Shown: one piece after another, positions 10,545 through 19,675 of the stretch
Position numbering within the stretch: the stretch's first letter is position 1
How the letters are laid out: each line of letters opens with the position of its first letter
Assembly (NCBI GenBank): GCA_963845515.1
Contig: CAWJSR010000006.1
Span: forward strand, 1-64,000
Reading direction: 5' to 3'
DNA length: 64,000 bases
Source: an uncultured delta proteobacterium
GTDB lineage: Bacteria > Myxococcota > Myxococcia > Myxococcales > Anaeromyxobacteraceae
The notes under the pieces: generated by a model
Database searches by the model: none
The model's input: the letters and a program-made list of their open reading frames with translations, nothing else
Told to the model about the DNA's origin: nothing
Position numbers and translations under genes: made by a program

Positions 10545-11015
10545 ATGATCGAACGTCAGCCCAGCTCGCGATCCTGCTTCATCTGCGGACGCGAGAACCC
10601 GCTCGGCCTCAAGGCCCGCTGGGAGAGCGACCGCAGGACGAACGAGGTGCGGAGCAGGCTCGTGATCCCCGAGCACTTCAACGGCTACCCGGGTGTCGTC
10701 CACGGCGGGATCATCACCGCCATCCTCGACGAGGCGATGGCACGCAGCGTGCTGGTCGAGGGCGGCTTCGACGACCTGCTCGTCACCGCCAAGCTGGAGG
10801 TGACCTTCCGGCGCCCCACACCGACCGACACGCCGGTCACCGCGGTCGCGCGGCTCCTCCGCCGCGCCGGCACCCGCGCCATCGCCGAGGCGGAGCTTCG
10901 GCTCGCGGACGGCACGGTCACAGCGCGCGCCGAGGCCACGATGGCGAGGCCGCCGCCGGAGGTGGCGGCGGGCTGGGAGAAGGAACGGACGCACTGGAAG
11001 ATCGATCAGGACTGA
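10545..11015 (+). CDS. PaaI family (hotdog) thioesterase
   Basis: CFICGRENPLGL and GYPGVVHGGIITAILDE motifs. Confidence 0.9.
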   Translation: MIERQPSSRSCFICGRENPLGLKARWESDRRTNEVRSRLVIPEHFNGYPGVVHGGIITAILDEAMARSVLVEGGFDDLLVTAKLEVTFRRPTPTDTPVTAVARLLRRAGTRAIAEAELRLADGTVTARAEATMARPPPEVAAGWEKERTHWKIDQD

Positions 11016-11040
11016 AGGACCAACCACCGAGGGGAACCCG

Positions 11041-11576
11041 ATGAAGCCCAAGCTCTCTGCCGCGATCCTCGCCGTCATCGCGCTCGCCGCCTGCTCGAAG
11101 GAGGCTCCGCCTCCGCCCCCGGTGGCAGAGCCCGCCACCCCGCCGGCCGCGGCCGCCTCCCCGCGCCCGCCCCTGCGCCCGAGCCGCAGGCCGCGCCCGT
11201 CGCTGCTCCGGAGGCGAAGCCCGCGCCGGTCGCCGCGGCGAAGCCGCCCGCCGCCGCTCAGCCCACTCCCGCCGCCCGGCCGGCGGCCCCCGCGCCGACG
11301 CTCGCCAGCGTCCACGGCAAGGTCGGCGACGCGAAGTGCAGGATGTGCCACAAGCTCCAGCACGACTCCTGGAGCGAATCTCCCCACAAGGCGAAGGGGC
11401 TCGACTGCGAGGGCTGCCACGGCGGCGGCGCCGACTTCATGAAGGTCATGCGCGACCGCACCTCGGCCATAGCGGCCGGCCTGGTGCTCCCGAAGAAGGA
11501 GTTCTGCAGGACGTGTCACAAGGCCGACTGGCAGGACGGCATGTTCCAGCGGGTCCACGCGCACAAGGTCAAGTAG
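11041..11576 (+). CDS. Triheme c-type cytochrome lipoprotein (frameshift in Pro/Ala linker near 11160)
   Basis: Lipobox LAAC; CRMCH, CEGCH and CRTCH in the downstream frame. Confidence 0.75.
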
Positions 11577-11726
11577 ATCGGCGGAGGGCGAAGCCCGACC
11601 CGCGGGACGAGAGCCGAGCGTAGCAGCGCGAAGCGAGAGCGAGCCGGGCCCCGCGCAGCAGGGGTGGGGACCCAGCGGGCTCTGCCCGCGGGGCGGGGCG
11701 GCACGCCCCGTGGTATTGGAACACCC

Positions 11727-12177
11727 GTGCGAGCGGTCGTGCAGCGGGTCTCGCGCGCCTCGGTGCGCGTGGAGGGGGCGGTCACCGGCGAGGTGGCGCG
11801 TGGCCTCCTCGTCCTGCTGGGCGTCGGGCGCGACGACTCCGAGGAAGACGCCCGCTGGATGGCGGACAAGCTGGCGCAGCTGCGCGTCTTCGAGGACGGC
11901 GAGGGGAAGATGAACCGCTCGGTCGCGGACGTGGGGGGCGGGCTGGTCGTCGTCTCGCAGTTCACGCTCTTCGGCGACGCCCGGAAGGGGAACCGGCCCG
12001 GGTTCACTGACGCCGCCGCCTCCCGAGCTCGCCAACCCGCTCTACGAGCGGACCTGCGCGCTGCTGCGCGAGAAGGGGCTGCCGGTGGGGACCGGGGTCT
12101 TCCGCGCCCACATGGACGTCGAGCTGGTGAACGACGGCCCGATCACCATCCTTGTCGACTCGAAGAAGCTCTTCTGA
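11727..12177 (+). CDS. dtd: D-aminoacyl-tRNA deacylase (frameshift near 12020-12040)
   Basis: MRAVVQRV start, SQFTL, KGNRP; C-terminal [12 protein letters not shown] in a shifted frame. Confidence 0.9.
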
Positions 12178-12194
12178 ACGACCCGAGGAACGCC

Positions 12195-12539
12195 ATGTCC
12201 GACTGCCTCTTCTGCAAGATCATCGATCGCAAGATCCCCTCCAAGGTCGTCCACGAGGACGAGGACACCTTCGCCTTCGAGGACATAAACCCGCAGGCGC
12301 CGACCCACGTCCTGGTCATCCCCAGGCGCCACGTCCCGACCGCGAACGACCTGACGCCCGGGGACGACGCGCTCGTCGGGAAGCTCCACCGCGTCGCCGC
12401 GAAGATCGCCGCCGACCGTGGCTTCGCGCAGGAGGGCTACCGGACGGTGGTGAACACCAACCGGGGCGCGGGCCAGACCGTCTTCCACGTCCACCTCCAC
12501 CTGCTCGGCGGCCGTCCAATGACGTGGCCGCCGGGCTAG
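12195..12539 (+). CDS. hinT: Histidine triad nucleotide-binding protein
   Basis: [25 protein letters not shown] end. Confidence 0.92.
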   Translation: MSDCLFCKIIDRKIPSKVVHEDEDTFAFEDINPQAPTHVLVIPRRHVPTANDLTPGDDALVGKLHRVAAKIAADRGFAQEGYRTVVNTNRGAGQTVFHVHLHLLGGRPMTWPPG

Positions 12540-12574
12540 CTGGCCGGTAAGTGCTTCCGCGAGGAGATCAAGCG

Positions 12575-13447
12575 ATGACTGCCCACCCGCGGCCCCGCCG
12601 CAGCGTCCTGTACATGCCCGGCTCCAACGGCCGGGCGCTCGAGAAGGCACGCTCCCTCCCGGCCGACGGACTGATCTTCGATCTGGAGGACGCGGTCGCG
12701 CCCGGCGCGAAGGAGGAGGCGCGCGCGCTCGTCCTGGCCGAGCTGAAGAAGGGTGGCTACGGGCCGCGCGAGACGATCCTGCGCTGCAACGCCCTCGACA
12801 CGTCCTGGGGGAGGGACGACCTGCGCGCGGCGGCCGGCTCCGGCGCCGACGCGGTCCTGCTGCCGAAGGTGGAGAGCGCCGCCGGAGTGCGCGAGGCGGA
12901 GCGGATCCTGCTCGTGGCCGGCGCGCCGCCGACGCTGGCGCTCTGGTGCACGATCGAGACGCCTCGCGGCGTGCTGATGGCCGCCGAGATCGCCAGCGCC
13001 TCCTCGCGCCTCGCGTGCCTCGTGATGGGGACGAGCGACCTCGTCAAGGATCTGCGCGCGCGCCACACCGCGTCGCGCCACGAGGTGGCCGTCGCGCTCG
13101 GCTTCACCCTCCTCGCCGCCCGCGCGCACGGCCTCGCGGCGCTCGACGGCGTCCACCTGGACCTGGAGGACGCCGAGGGCTTCGAGGCCTCCTGCCGGCA
13201 GGGGCAGGAGATGGGCTTCGACGGGAAGACGCTGATCCACCCGAAGACGATCGACGTCGCGAACAGGATCTTCGCCCCCGCGCCCGCCGACGTGGAGCGC
13301 GCCCGCCGGGTCATCGCCGCTCACGCCGAGGCGCTCGCGGAGAAGAAGGGCATCGTCGTGGTGGACGGCCAGCTGGTCGAGGCGCTCCACGTCGAGGAGG
13401 CGAAGCGGACCGTCGCCCTCGCCGAGGCCATCGCGGCGAGGGTGTGA
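12575..13447 (+). CDS. CitE/HpcH family CoA-ester lyase (malyl-CoA lyase-like)
   Basis: RRSVLYMPG, FDLEDAV, IETPRG, GFDGKTLIHP. Confidence 0.88.
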   Translation: MTAHPRPRRSVLYMPGSNGRALEKARSLPADGLIFDLEDAVAPGAKEEARALVLAELKKGGYGPRETILRCNALDTSWGRDDLRAAAGSGADAVLLPKVESAAGVREAERILLVAGAPPTLALWCTIETPRGVLMAAEIASASSRLACLVMGTSDLVKDLRARHTASRHEVAVALGFTLLAARAHGLAALDGVHLDLEDAEGFEASCRQGQEMGFDGKTLIHPKTIDVANRIFAPAPADVERARRVIAAHAEALAEKKGIVVVDGQLVEALHVEEAKRTVALAEAIAARV

Positions 13448-13477
13448 CGCTGACGCGCTCCGTCCGGTGAGGGCTCG

Positions 13478-15013
13478 TCAGCTCGCCGCCGGCACCGGCG
13501 CGAGCGTCGCGAGCGCCCGGTCGAGGCGCGGCAGGACCTCCTCCTCGGTGTACCGGATGAGGTGCTCGCCGAGGATGGCCAGCGTGACGGCCCTGGGGAT
13601 GGCCAGGAGCCCGGCCCGGCGGAGCCCAGTCGCCAGCAGCCGCCAGAAGTACCAGCGCCTGGAGCTGACGACGCCCAGTCGCCACAGCGCCCGCAGGAAG
13701 GTCGGGAGCGCTCCTGGGCGCAGCGGCACCGCCGTCAGCGGCGCCTCCTCCAGGTGGCGCGCGCAGCGGCGGAAGTAGGCGTCGGCCGTGAAGAGCGCGG
13801 CGAGCAGCCGCCGGTACCCTGCCACGAGGGCCCGCTCGCCCATCGCCGGCGCGAAGTTCGGGAGGTCGAACTGATCGCCGGCGGCGCCCCCGCTCAGCCG
13901 GTGCTCCCGGTCGAGCCGGCGCCAGAGCGCCGTCCCCGGGAGCGCGGTGAGCATGCCCACCATCGCGCGCGGGATGGGGAGCGAGGAGATGAAGGCGATC
14001 TGGCGATCGAAGATGTCCGGTCCGTCGCCGTCGAAGCCGACGATGAACCCGGCGAAGACCTCGAGCCCGGCGCGGGTCAGGACGCTCACGGCCTCGCCGG
14101 GGTCCAGCCGGAGGTTCTGCGTCTTGCCCGTCTCCTTGAGCGAGGCGGAGTTCGGAGTCTCGATCCCGACGAAGACCGCCGTGAAGCCCGCGTCGACCAT
14201 CGACGCGAGCAGGGCCGGCTCGGAGGCGAGGTCGAGGCTCGCCTCGGTCAACAACTCGAAGGGGTGAAGGTGCTCACGCTGCCAGCGCGCGATCTCCGGC
14301 AGGATCGCGGCCGCTGCCCGCCGGTTGCCGATGAAGTTGTCGTCGACGACGAAGAGCGGGCCGCGCGCGCCGAGCCCGCGCAGCGCCTCCAGCTCGGCGA
14401 GCACCTGCGCGGGTGACTTCACCCGCGGCGCACGCCCGAAGATCTCGATGATGTCGCAGAACTCGCAGCTGAAGGGGCAGCCGCGGGACACCTGGATGGC
14501 GTAGGTCGCGTACCGGTCGAGCGCGCAGAGATCGAAGCGCGGGACGCGCGCGATGGCCAGGTCGGGCCGGTCGAGCCCCGGCGGCGAGACGATGCGATCG
14601 GTCACGCTCCCCGGGCGCTCGAGCGCGCTGACGAGCCGATCGAGCCTCCCCTCGGCCTCGCCCACGAACACGTGCGTCGCCTCCGGGAAGGCGTCCGGAC
14701 TCGTCGTGGGCGCCGGCCCGCCCACGACCGTGACCTTCCCGAGCCGACCAGCGCGGACGAGCACCTCCCGCATCGAGCCGGCCTGCACGAGCATGCCCGA
14801 GACGAGCACCGCGTCCGCCCAGCGGAGATCCTCGTCGTCCAGCGGGGCGAGGTGGAGGTCCCGTATGCGGAGCTCCCAGGACGCGGGGAGGTGTGCCGCG
14901 AGCGTCGCGAGCCCGAGGGGAGGGAGCGTCGCCCCCTTCTTGATGAACGGAAGGCTGTGCTGGTAGCCCCAGTAGGAGATCGGTGTCGCTGCCTGAACCA
15001 GGAGTGCGCGCAT
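13478..15013 (-). CDS. B12-binding domain radical SAM protein (DUF4070-like C-terminus)
   Basis: PPLGLATLAA, SRGCPFSCEFC (CxxxCxxC), DDNFIGN. Confidence 0.88.
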   Translation of the reverse strand: MRALLVQAATPISYWGYQHSLPFIKKGATLPPLGLATLAAHLPASWELRIRDLHLAPLDDEDLRWADAVLVSGMLVQAGSMREVLVRAGRLGKVTVVGGPAPTTSPDAFPEATHVFVGEAEGRLDRLVSALERPGSVTDRIVSPPGLDRPDLAIARVPRFDLCALDRYATYAIQVSRGCPFSCEFCDIIEIFGRAPRVKSPAQVLAELEALRGLGARGPLFVVDDNFIGNRRAAAAILPEIARWQREHLHPFELLTEASLDLASEPALLASMVDAGFTAVFVGIETPNSASLKETGKTQNLRLDPGEAVSVLTRAGLEVFAGFIVGFDGDGPDIFDRQIAFISSLPIPRAMVGMLTALPGTALWRRLDREHRLSGGAAGDQFDLPNFAPAMGERALVAGYRRLLAALFTADAYFRRCARHLEEAPLTAVPLRPGALPTFLRALWRLGVVSSRRWYFWRLLATGLRRAGLLAIPRAVTLAILGEHLIRYTEEEVLPRLDRALATLAPVPAAS

Positions 15014-15093
15014 GAGTAGCCGGTGTAGGCGCCGCACGTCACGGAACCATCACGGGCGAGCTCGCCCGATCGGGATGCCTCCAAGGAGTTCCC

Positions 15094-16524
15094 CTAGCGC
15101 GCCGGCCCCGTCCCGGGATCCCGGGCGGGCTCCTCCGTGGCGAGGGGCAGGACGATCCGGAACGTCGAGCCGCTGCCGAGCCTCGTGCGGACCTCGATCC
15201 GCCCGCCGTGGCTCTGCACGATGCCGTGGGCGATGGAGAGGCCGAGCCCCGTGCCGACGCCGGCCTCCCTGGTGGTGAAGAAGGGGTCGAAGAGCCGGTT
15301 CAGGTGATCGGTCGGGATCCCCTCCCCGTTGTCCTCGATCTCGACCCACGCCTCGGGTCCGCTCCGGCCGGTGCGAACCGTGATGGTGCCGCTCGGCCCC
15401 GTGGCCTGCGACGCGTTGACCAGCACGTTCATCAGGACCTGGCCGAGCTGCATCGGCCGGCAGCGCAGCCGCAGGGTGCCCTCGCCGTAGTCCCTGACGA
15501 CCCGCGCGCTCTCGCCAAGCGAGGCCCCGAGGATGCGGAGCGCAGCCTCGACGATCTCGTGCAGGTCCACCACCTGCCAGTGCCCGGGGTCCGGGTTCGC
15601 GAAGGCCTTGAGATCCTTCACGACCCGGCTGACCCGCTCCAACCCGTCGCGCGACTCTGCGAGGCACTGCATCAGGTCGCGCTGGACCGCGGTCAGGTCG
15701 GGCGTCGCCGGATCACGGCGCGCCGGCGGGAGGTCCGGCCCGCCCGCGCCGCCACGCCTCGCCTCGAGGATCTCCCGGACGTACTCCTCGATGAGGAAGA
15801 GGTTGGACATGGCATACGACAGGGGGTTGTTGATCTCGTGCGCGACGCCGGCGGCGAGCTGGCCAAGCGCCGCCAGCTTGTCGGCCTGGAGCAGCTGGAG
15901 GTGCGCCCGCTCGAGCTGTTTGTTGAGGTCCACCAGCTCGGCCATCCGGCGCTCGCGCTCCTCCTCGGACCGGCGGCGGTCGGTGATGTCGACCAGCGTG
16001 CAGCGGACGCCGACGCGGCCGTCGGCGGCCGGCGCCGACCGCGACGCTGGTGAGCTGGACCGGGAACGGAGCCCGGCGGGCGGGCCGCAGCAGGAGCTCG
16101 CAGCCCTGTGGCGCGTCGCTCGCGCGCACCGCGCTCCAGGTGGCTCACCCAGCGCGGGCGATCCTGGGGCGCGACGAAGCGGTCGAAGGCGGGGGACCGC
16201 AGCTCCGCCCGGTCGACCCCGAGCAGGGCGGCCCCGGACAGGTTGACGCCGCCGATCCGGCCGGCGGCGTCGAGCGTGAGGTAGCCGACGGGCGCGAAGT
16301 CGTAGAGCTCGAGGTACCGGTCCCGGGCCTCCTCCAGCGCCGCCCGGGAGCGACGGCAGCTCCTCGTTCTGCAGCTCCAGCTCGACCTGGTGGACGCGAA
16401 GCTCGTGGAGCGGCTCCACCCGCGAGGCCAACGAGGGCGCCGGCCGCGTGGACGGGGCTGCCAGCCGCGCCTCGGCGGTCCGCCGCAGCTTCGTCCCTGG
16501 CCGAGGGGCCGCCTTCCTGCTCAT
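15094..16524 (-). CDS. PAS-domain sensor histidine kinase (internal frameshifts about 16030-16360)
   Basis: HELRVHQVELELQNEEL N-terminus; AHEINNPL H-box, NASQA, DNGEGI, FFTT, GTGLGL. Confidence 0.85.
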   Translation of the reverse strand: MSRKAAPRPGTKLRRTAEARLAAPSTRPAPSLASRVEPLHELRVHQVELELQNEELPSLPGGAGGGPGPVPRALRLRARRLPHARRRRPDRRRQPVRGRPARGRPGGAAVPRLRPLRRAPGSPALGEPPGARCARATRHRAASSCCGPPAGLRSRSSSPASRSAPAADGRVGVRCTLVDITDRRRSEEERERRMAELVDLNKQLERAHLQLLQADKLAALGQLAAGVAHEINNPLSYAMSNLFLIEEYVREILEARRGGAGGPDLPPARRDPATPDLTAVQRDLMQCLAESRDGLERVSRVVKDLKAFANPDPGHWQVVDLHEIVEAALRILGASLGESARVVRDYGEGTLRLRCRPMQLGQVLMNVLVNASQATGPSGTITVRTGRSGPEAWVEIEDNGEGIPTDHLNRLFDPFFTTREAGVGTGLGLSIAHGIVQSHGGRIEVRTRLGSGSTFRIVLPLATEEPARDPGTGPAR

Positions 16525-18536
16525 GGACGCTCCACCAGCTCACGCATGCTCAGCGCCGCCGCCTCCGCCTCCACCCGCTTCGTGATGTCTGTGAAGGTCA
16601 GCACGTCGAGCAGGTTCCTCATGTCGTCCTGCATCCCGGAGAGCTGCTCCACCTTGGCCTGGAGCTCGGCGTTGACGGTGGTTAGCTCCTCGTTGACCGA
16701 CAGGAGCTCCTCGTTGGCCGTCTCCAGCTCCTCGTTGCTCGCCTGGACCTCCTCGTTGGTCGACTGCAGCTCCTCGTGCGAGGTCTGCTGCTCCTCGATG
16801 GTCGCCTGGAGGCTCTCTCGCGTGTCGGTGAGCGCGCGAGTCAGCTCCTGGATGCGGCGGGAGTCCGTCGTGCGCGCTCCGCCCTTCCCACGGGCCGCCT
16901 TGAGGGGCGGTAGGACGCGCCGGGTGACGTCGGCGAAGTCGCTCGGCGGTGGCTGCCCCACGGCGTCGCCCCCGGCGGCGCTCCTCACCCAGGACAGGCC
17001 GCTGGTCAGCACGGCGCGGGCCGAGGCCGCGTTGCGCTGTGCCCGGAAGAGCCGCCACTTGCGGTCGATGGGGGTGAAGAGGCGCGCGTGGTCGCCTATC
17101 CCCTCGGCCGGAGACAGGAACAGGACGCCGCCCGGCCGGAGCGCGTAGTGGAACAGCGTGAGGATCCGCTCCTGGAGCCCCGCCTCCATGTAGATGAAGA
17201 CGTTGCGGCAGCTGATCAGGTCGAGCCGCGTGAAGGGCGGATCCTTGATGAGGTCCTGGACCGCGAAGACCACCTGATCGCGGATCTCCTTCCTCACCCG
17301 GTAGCCCGCCTCCTCGCGGATGAAGTGACGCTTGAGCCGCTCGGGCGAGATGTCTGCGGCGACGGTCAGCGGGTAGACGCCGGCCCGCGCCGCGGAGATG
17401 GCGGACTCGTCGAGATCGGTGCCGTAGATCTGGACCTTCACCTCGCGGCGGCTCTGCTCCATCAGCTCGCGGAGCAGGATGGCGATCGAGTAGGCCTCCT
17501 CCCCCGTCGCGCAGCCCCCCACCCAGACCCGCAAGTCCTCCCCCTCCTCCTTCGCGTCGACGATCCTTCTCAGGACCTGCGACTGCAGCGCCTCGAACGC
17601 CTCCGGATCGCGGAAGAAGCTCGTGACGTTGATGAGCAGTTCCTGGAAGAGGGTCTTCACCTCGGCCGGGTGCTCGCGGAGGTGGCGGGCGTAGACCTCG
17701 ACGTCCTCGACGCCGTTGGCGGCCATCCGCCGCTCGACGCGCCTGACGACCGAGGACCGCTTGTACTGCGAGAAGTCGCGCCCCGTGGCCGAGCGCAGGA
17801 AGGCCAGGACTCGGCCGAGCCCAGCGGAGACGGCTCGAGAGGGGGGCGGGCGGCGTGGCCGGGCGGCCAGCGTCCCCAGGGCGCTGGCCAGGAGGGCGGG
17901 GAGCTGCTCTGCGGGGGCGACCTTGCTCTCGGCGACGGCGGCTATCGCGGCCGCCGGCATGCCCTCGAACCTGGCCGTGGCCGGCGCCTGCGCGAAGCAG
18001 AGGCCGCCGGCGTCCCGGATGGCGCGGAGGCCGAGCGCCCCGTCGGAGCCGGTCCCGGAGAGCACCACGCCGACGGCGTCGGAGCCTCGCTCTCCGGCCA
18101 GCGATCGGAAGAAGCCGTCCACCGCCATCCGCTTGCCGCGGGGAGCGCTCGGGACCGTGAGCAGCAGCGTGCCGTCGAAGACCTCCATCTCGCGGTTGGG
18201 CGGGATGACGTGGACGGTGTCGGCGCGCACCTCCATCCCGTCGGTCACCTCGACGACGGGAAGGCTGGTGACGCGCTGAAGGAGCTCGACGAGCACGCTG
18301 GCGTGCTCGGGGTCGAGGTGCTGGACCACGACGAAGGCTGCGCCGAGGCCGGGCGGGACGTTCCGGAAGAACTGCTCGAGCGCCGCGAGCCCTCCCGCCG
18401 ACGCGCCGAGGCCGACGATGACCGCGCCGGCCCGGCGGGCCTCGCGGACCGGCCGTGACCTCTTGCCGGGCCTCGGCGCCTTCTGGCGGGACTTCCTGGC
18501 TGGCATCGTCGCCTCGTTGCCGTTGGCGGGCCTCAT
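16521..18536 (-). CDS. CheB methylesterase-CheR methyltransferase fusion with coiled-coil tail
   Basis: GASAGG, VQHL, GTGSDG (CheB); GCATGEEAYS, DLISCRNVFIY (CheR); EELQSTNEE repeats. Confidence 0.9.
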   Translation of the reverse strand: MRPANGNEATMPARKSRQKAPRPGKRSRPVREARRAGAVIVGLGASAGGLAALEQFFRNVPPGLGAAFVVVQHLDPEHASVLVELLQRVTSLPVVEVTDGMEVRADTVHVIPPNREMEVFDGTLLLTVPSAPRGKRMAVDGFFRSLAGERGSDAVGVVLSGTGSDGALGLRAIRDAGGLCFAQAPATARFEGMPAAAIAAVAESKVAPAEQLPALLASALGTLAARPRRPPPSRAVSAGLGRVLAFLRSATGRDFSQYKRSSVVRRVERRMAANGVEDVEVYARHLREHPAEVKTLFQELLINVTSFFRDPEAFEALQSQVLRRIVDAKEEGEDLRVWVGGCATGEEAYSIAILLRELMEQSRREVKVQIYGTDLDESAISAARAGVYPLTVAADISPERLKRHFIREEAGYRVRKEIRDQVVFAVQDLIKDPPFTRLDLISCRNVFIYMEAGLQERILTLFHYALRPGGVLFLSPAEGIGDHARLFTPIDRKWRLFRAQRNAASARAVLTSGLSWVRSAAGGDAVGQPPPSDFADVTRRVLPPLKAARGKGGARTTDSRRIQELTRALTDTRESLQATIEEQQTSHEELQSTNEEVQASNEELETANEELLSVNEELTTVNAELQAKVEQLSGMQDDMRNLLDVLTFTDITKRVEAEAAALSMRELVERP

Positions 18537-18611
18537 GGCTGCGCCGTGGTCCGACGCCGCGGAGTCTAGCCCCTGTCGCGCGTCCGGGCGCGCCGCATGG
18601 TCGGGTCGGAA

Positions 18612-19325
18612 TCACGCCGCGTCGGGTCGTGCTTCTTCCAGGAACGCGGCGAGGAGCCGCTTCGTCTGCAGCTCCACCTGCCGGACGCGCTCGCGGGAGA
18701 GTCCCCAGCGCGCGCCGACCTCCTCGAGCGTGTGCGGAGTGTCGTGCTGGATGCGGCTGTGGATGATGTCCCACCCGAGCTCGCCGACCCGGCTTCGGTG
18801 GAGGGCAAGGACGCCCCGCACTTCCCGGGCCGACTCGCTCGTCAGGAACGCGTCCTCCGGCCCCGGCCGGACGTCCTCGACCCGGTCGAGGTGGGTGGTG
18901 TCGTCCTCCTCGTCGACGCTGGCGTCCAGCGAGAGGTCTGCCAACGCGATCTTTCCGCCGCGGGGGCGGACGATGCTCCGCGCCTCCTTCACGTACCTGC
19001 CTATGTAGGCGCGGATCCACCAGATCGCGTAGGTGGAGAAGCGCGTCCCCGCGTAAGGATCGAACGTCTCCAGCGCGCGGATGAGTCCGAGGTTGCCCTC
19101 CTGGATGACGTCGTCCAGCCGCACGGCGCCCAGGCGGAGCTTCCGGACGAAGGCGACGACCAGGCCGAGGCTGTGCTGGATGAGCCGGTGACGGGCGTAC
19201 ACGTCCCCTGCGCGCGCTTCGACCGCCATGCGATGCTCCTCCTCGCGTGGGAGCCTGGGGGCCCTGCGGACGGCGTCGAGGTAGAGGGCAAGCTCGTCGT
19301 CCCTGCGATGCGTCGGCGTCTTCAT
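18612..19325 (-). CDS. Alternative sigma-70 family RNA polymerase sigma factor (group 3-like)
   Basis: DVIQEGNLGLIRALETFDP, FSTYAIWWIR, TLEEVG...LSRERVRQVE. Confidence 0.9.
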   Translation of the reverse strand: MKTPTHRRDDELALYLDAVRRAPRLPREEEHRMAVEARAGDVYARHRLIQHSLGLVVAFVRKLRLGAVRLDDVIQEGNLGLIRALETFDPYAGTRFSTYAIWWIRAYIGRYVKEARSIVRPRGGKIALADLSLDASVDEEDDTTHLDRVEDVRPGPEDAFLTSESAREVRGVLALHRSRVGELGWDIIHSRIQHDTPHTLEEVGARWGLSRERVRQVELQTKRLLAAFLEEARPDAA

Positions 19326-19388
19326 CCTGCCGCTCCTCCGGAGCGCGAGCCGGGTGGTTCCGCTCGTCTCCTCTGTGTGGGACAGGAA

Positions 19389-19404
19389 AGCACCCGACGT
19401 GCCA
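19389..19404 (-). promoter_or_regulatory. Sigma54 (-24/-12) promoter for the sigma factor gene
   Basis: TGGCACGTCGGGTGCT on the minus strand (GG-N10-GC), 64 nt from the start codon. Confidence 0.75.
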
Positions 19405-19468
19405 TGCGCCGGAGCGTAACGTTCACGGGATCTTGCGCGGTTCTCCCGGGCCGGTGCCCAGGGGAGAG

Positions 19469-19483
19469 CAATCGAAATGATGC
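19469..19483. promoter_or_regulatory. Candidate activator-binding site (15-bp motif)
   Basis: CAATC-GAAAT-GATGC, 64 bp from the sigma54 promoter. Confidence 0.6.
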
Positions 19484-19625
19484 GCGCAGGTTCCTTTCGG
19501 GGAGCGAGACGGGGCTTCGCGCCCCAAAACCCAAGAACGAGGGTCCGAATGGGGGGCGCGGCCTCTTCAGGTGCCCATAAGGGCACGCTGGAAGAGCTGA
19601 AGTCTCGGGGATGGACTGGCCGCCT

Positions 19626-19662
19626 CAATCAAGATGATTAGGTTATCCGTCCATTTCGAAGG
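19626..19662. promoter_or_regulatory. Two 15-bp motif copies 22 bp apart, just upstream of the activator gene
   Basis: CAATC-AAGAT-GATTA (19626) and, on minus, CCTTC-GAAAT-GGACG (19648). Confidence 0.55.
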
Positions 19663-19675
19663 ATGGTGAGCACCG

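Noticed and set aside
11664..12539. Apparent Dtd-HIT fusion (291 aa)
   Set aside because: The Dtd C-terminus is in another frame with its own stop at 12177, and hinT has its own RBS and ATG.
10035..19586. Similar palindromes GTGCCCCTAAGGGTGC (10035) and GTGCCCATAAGGGCAC (19571) as a shared operator
   Set aside because: Only two GC-rich copies, one imperfect; chance cannot be excluded without a genome scan.
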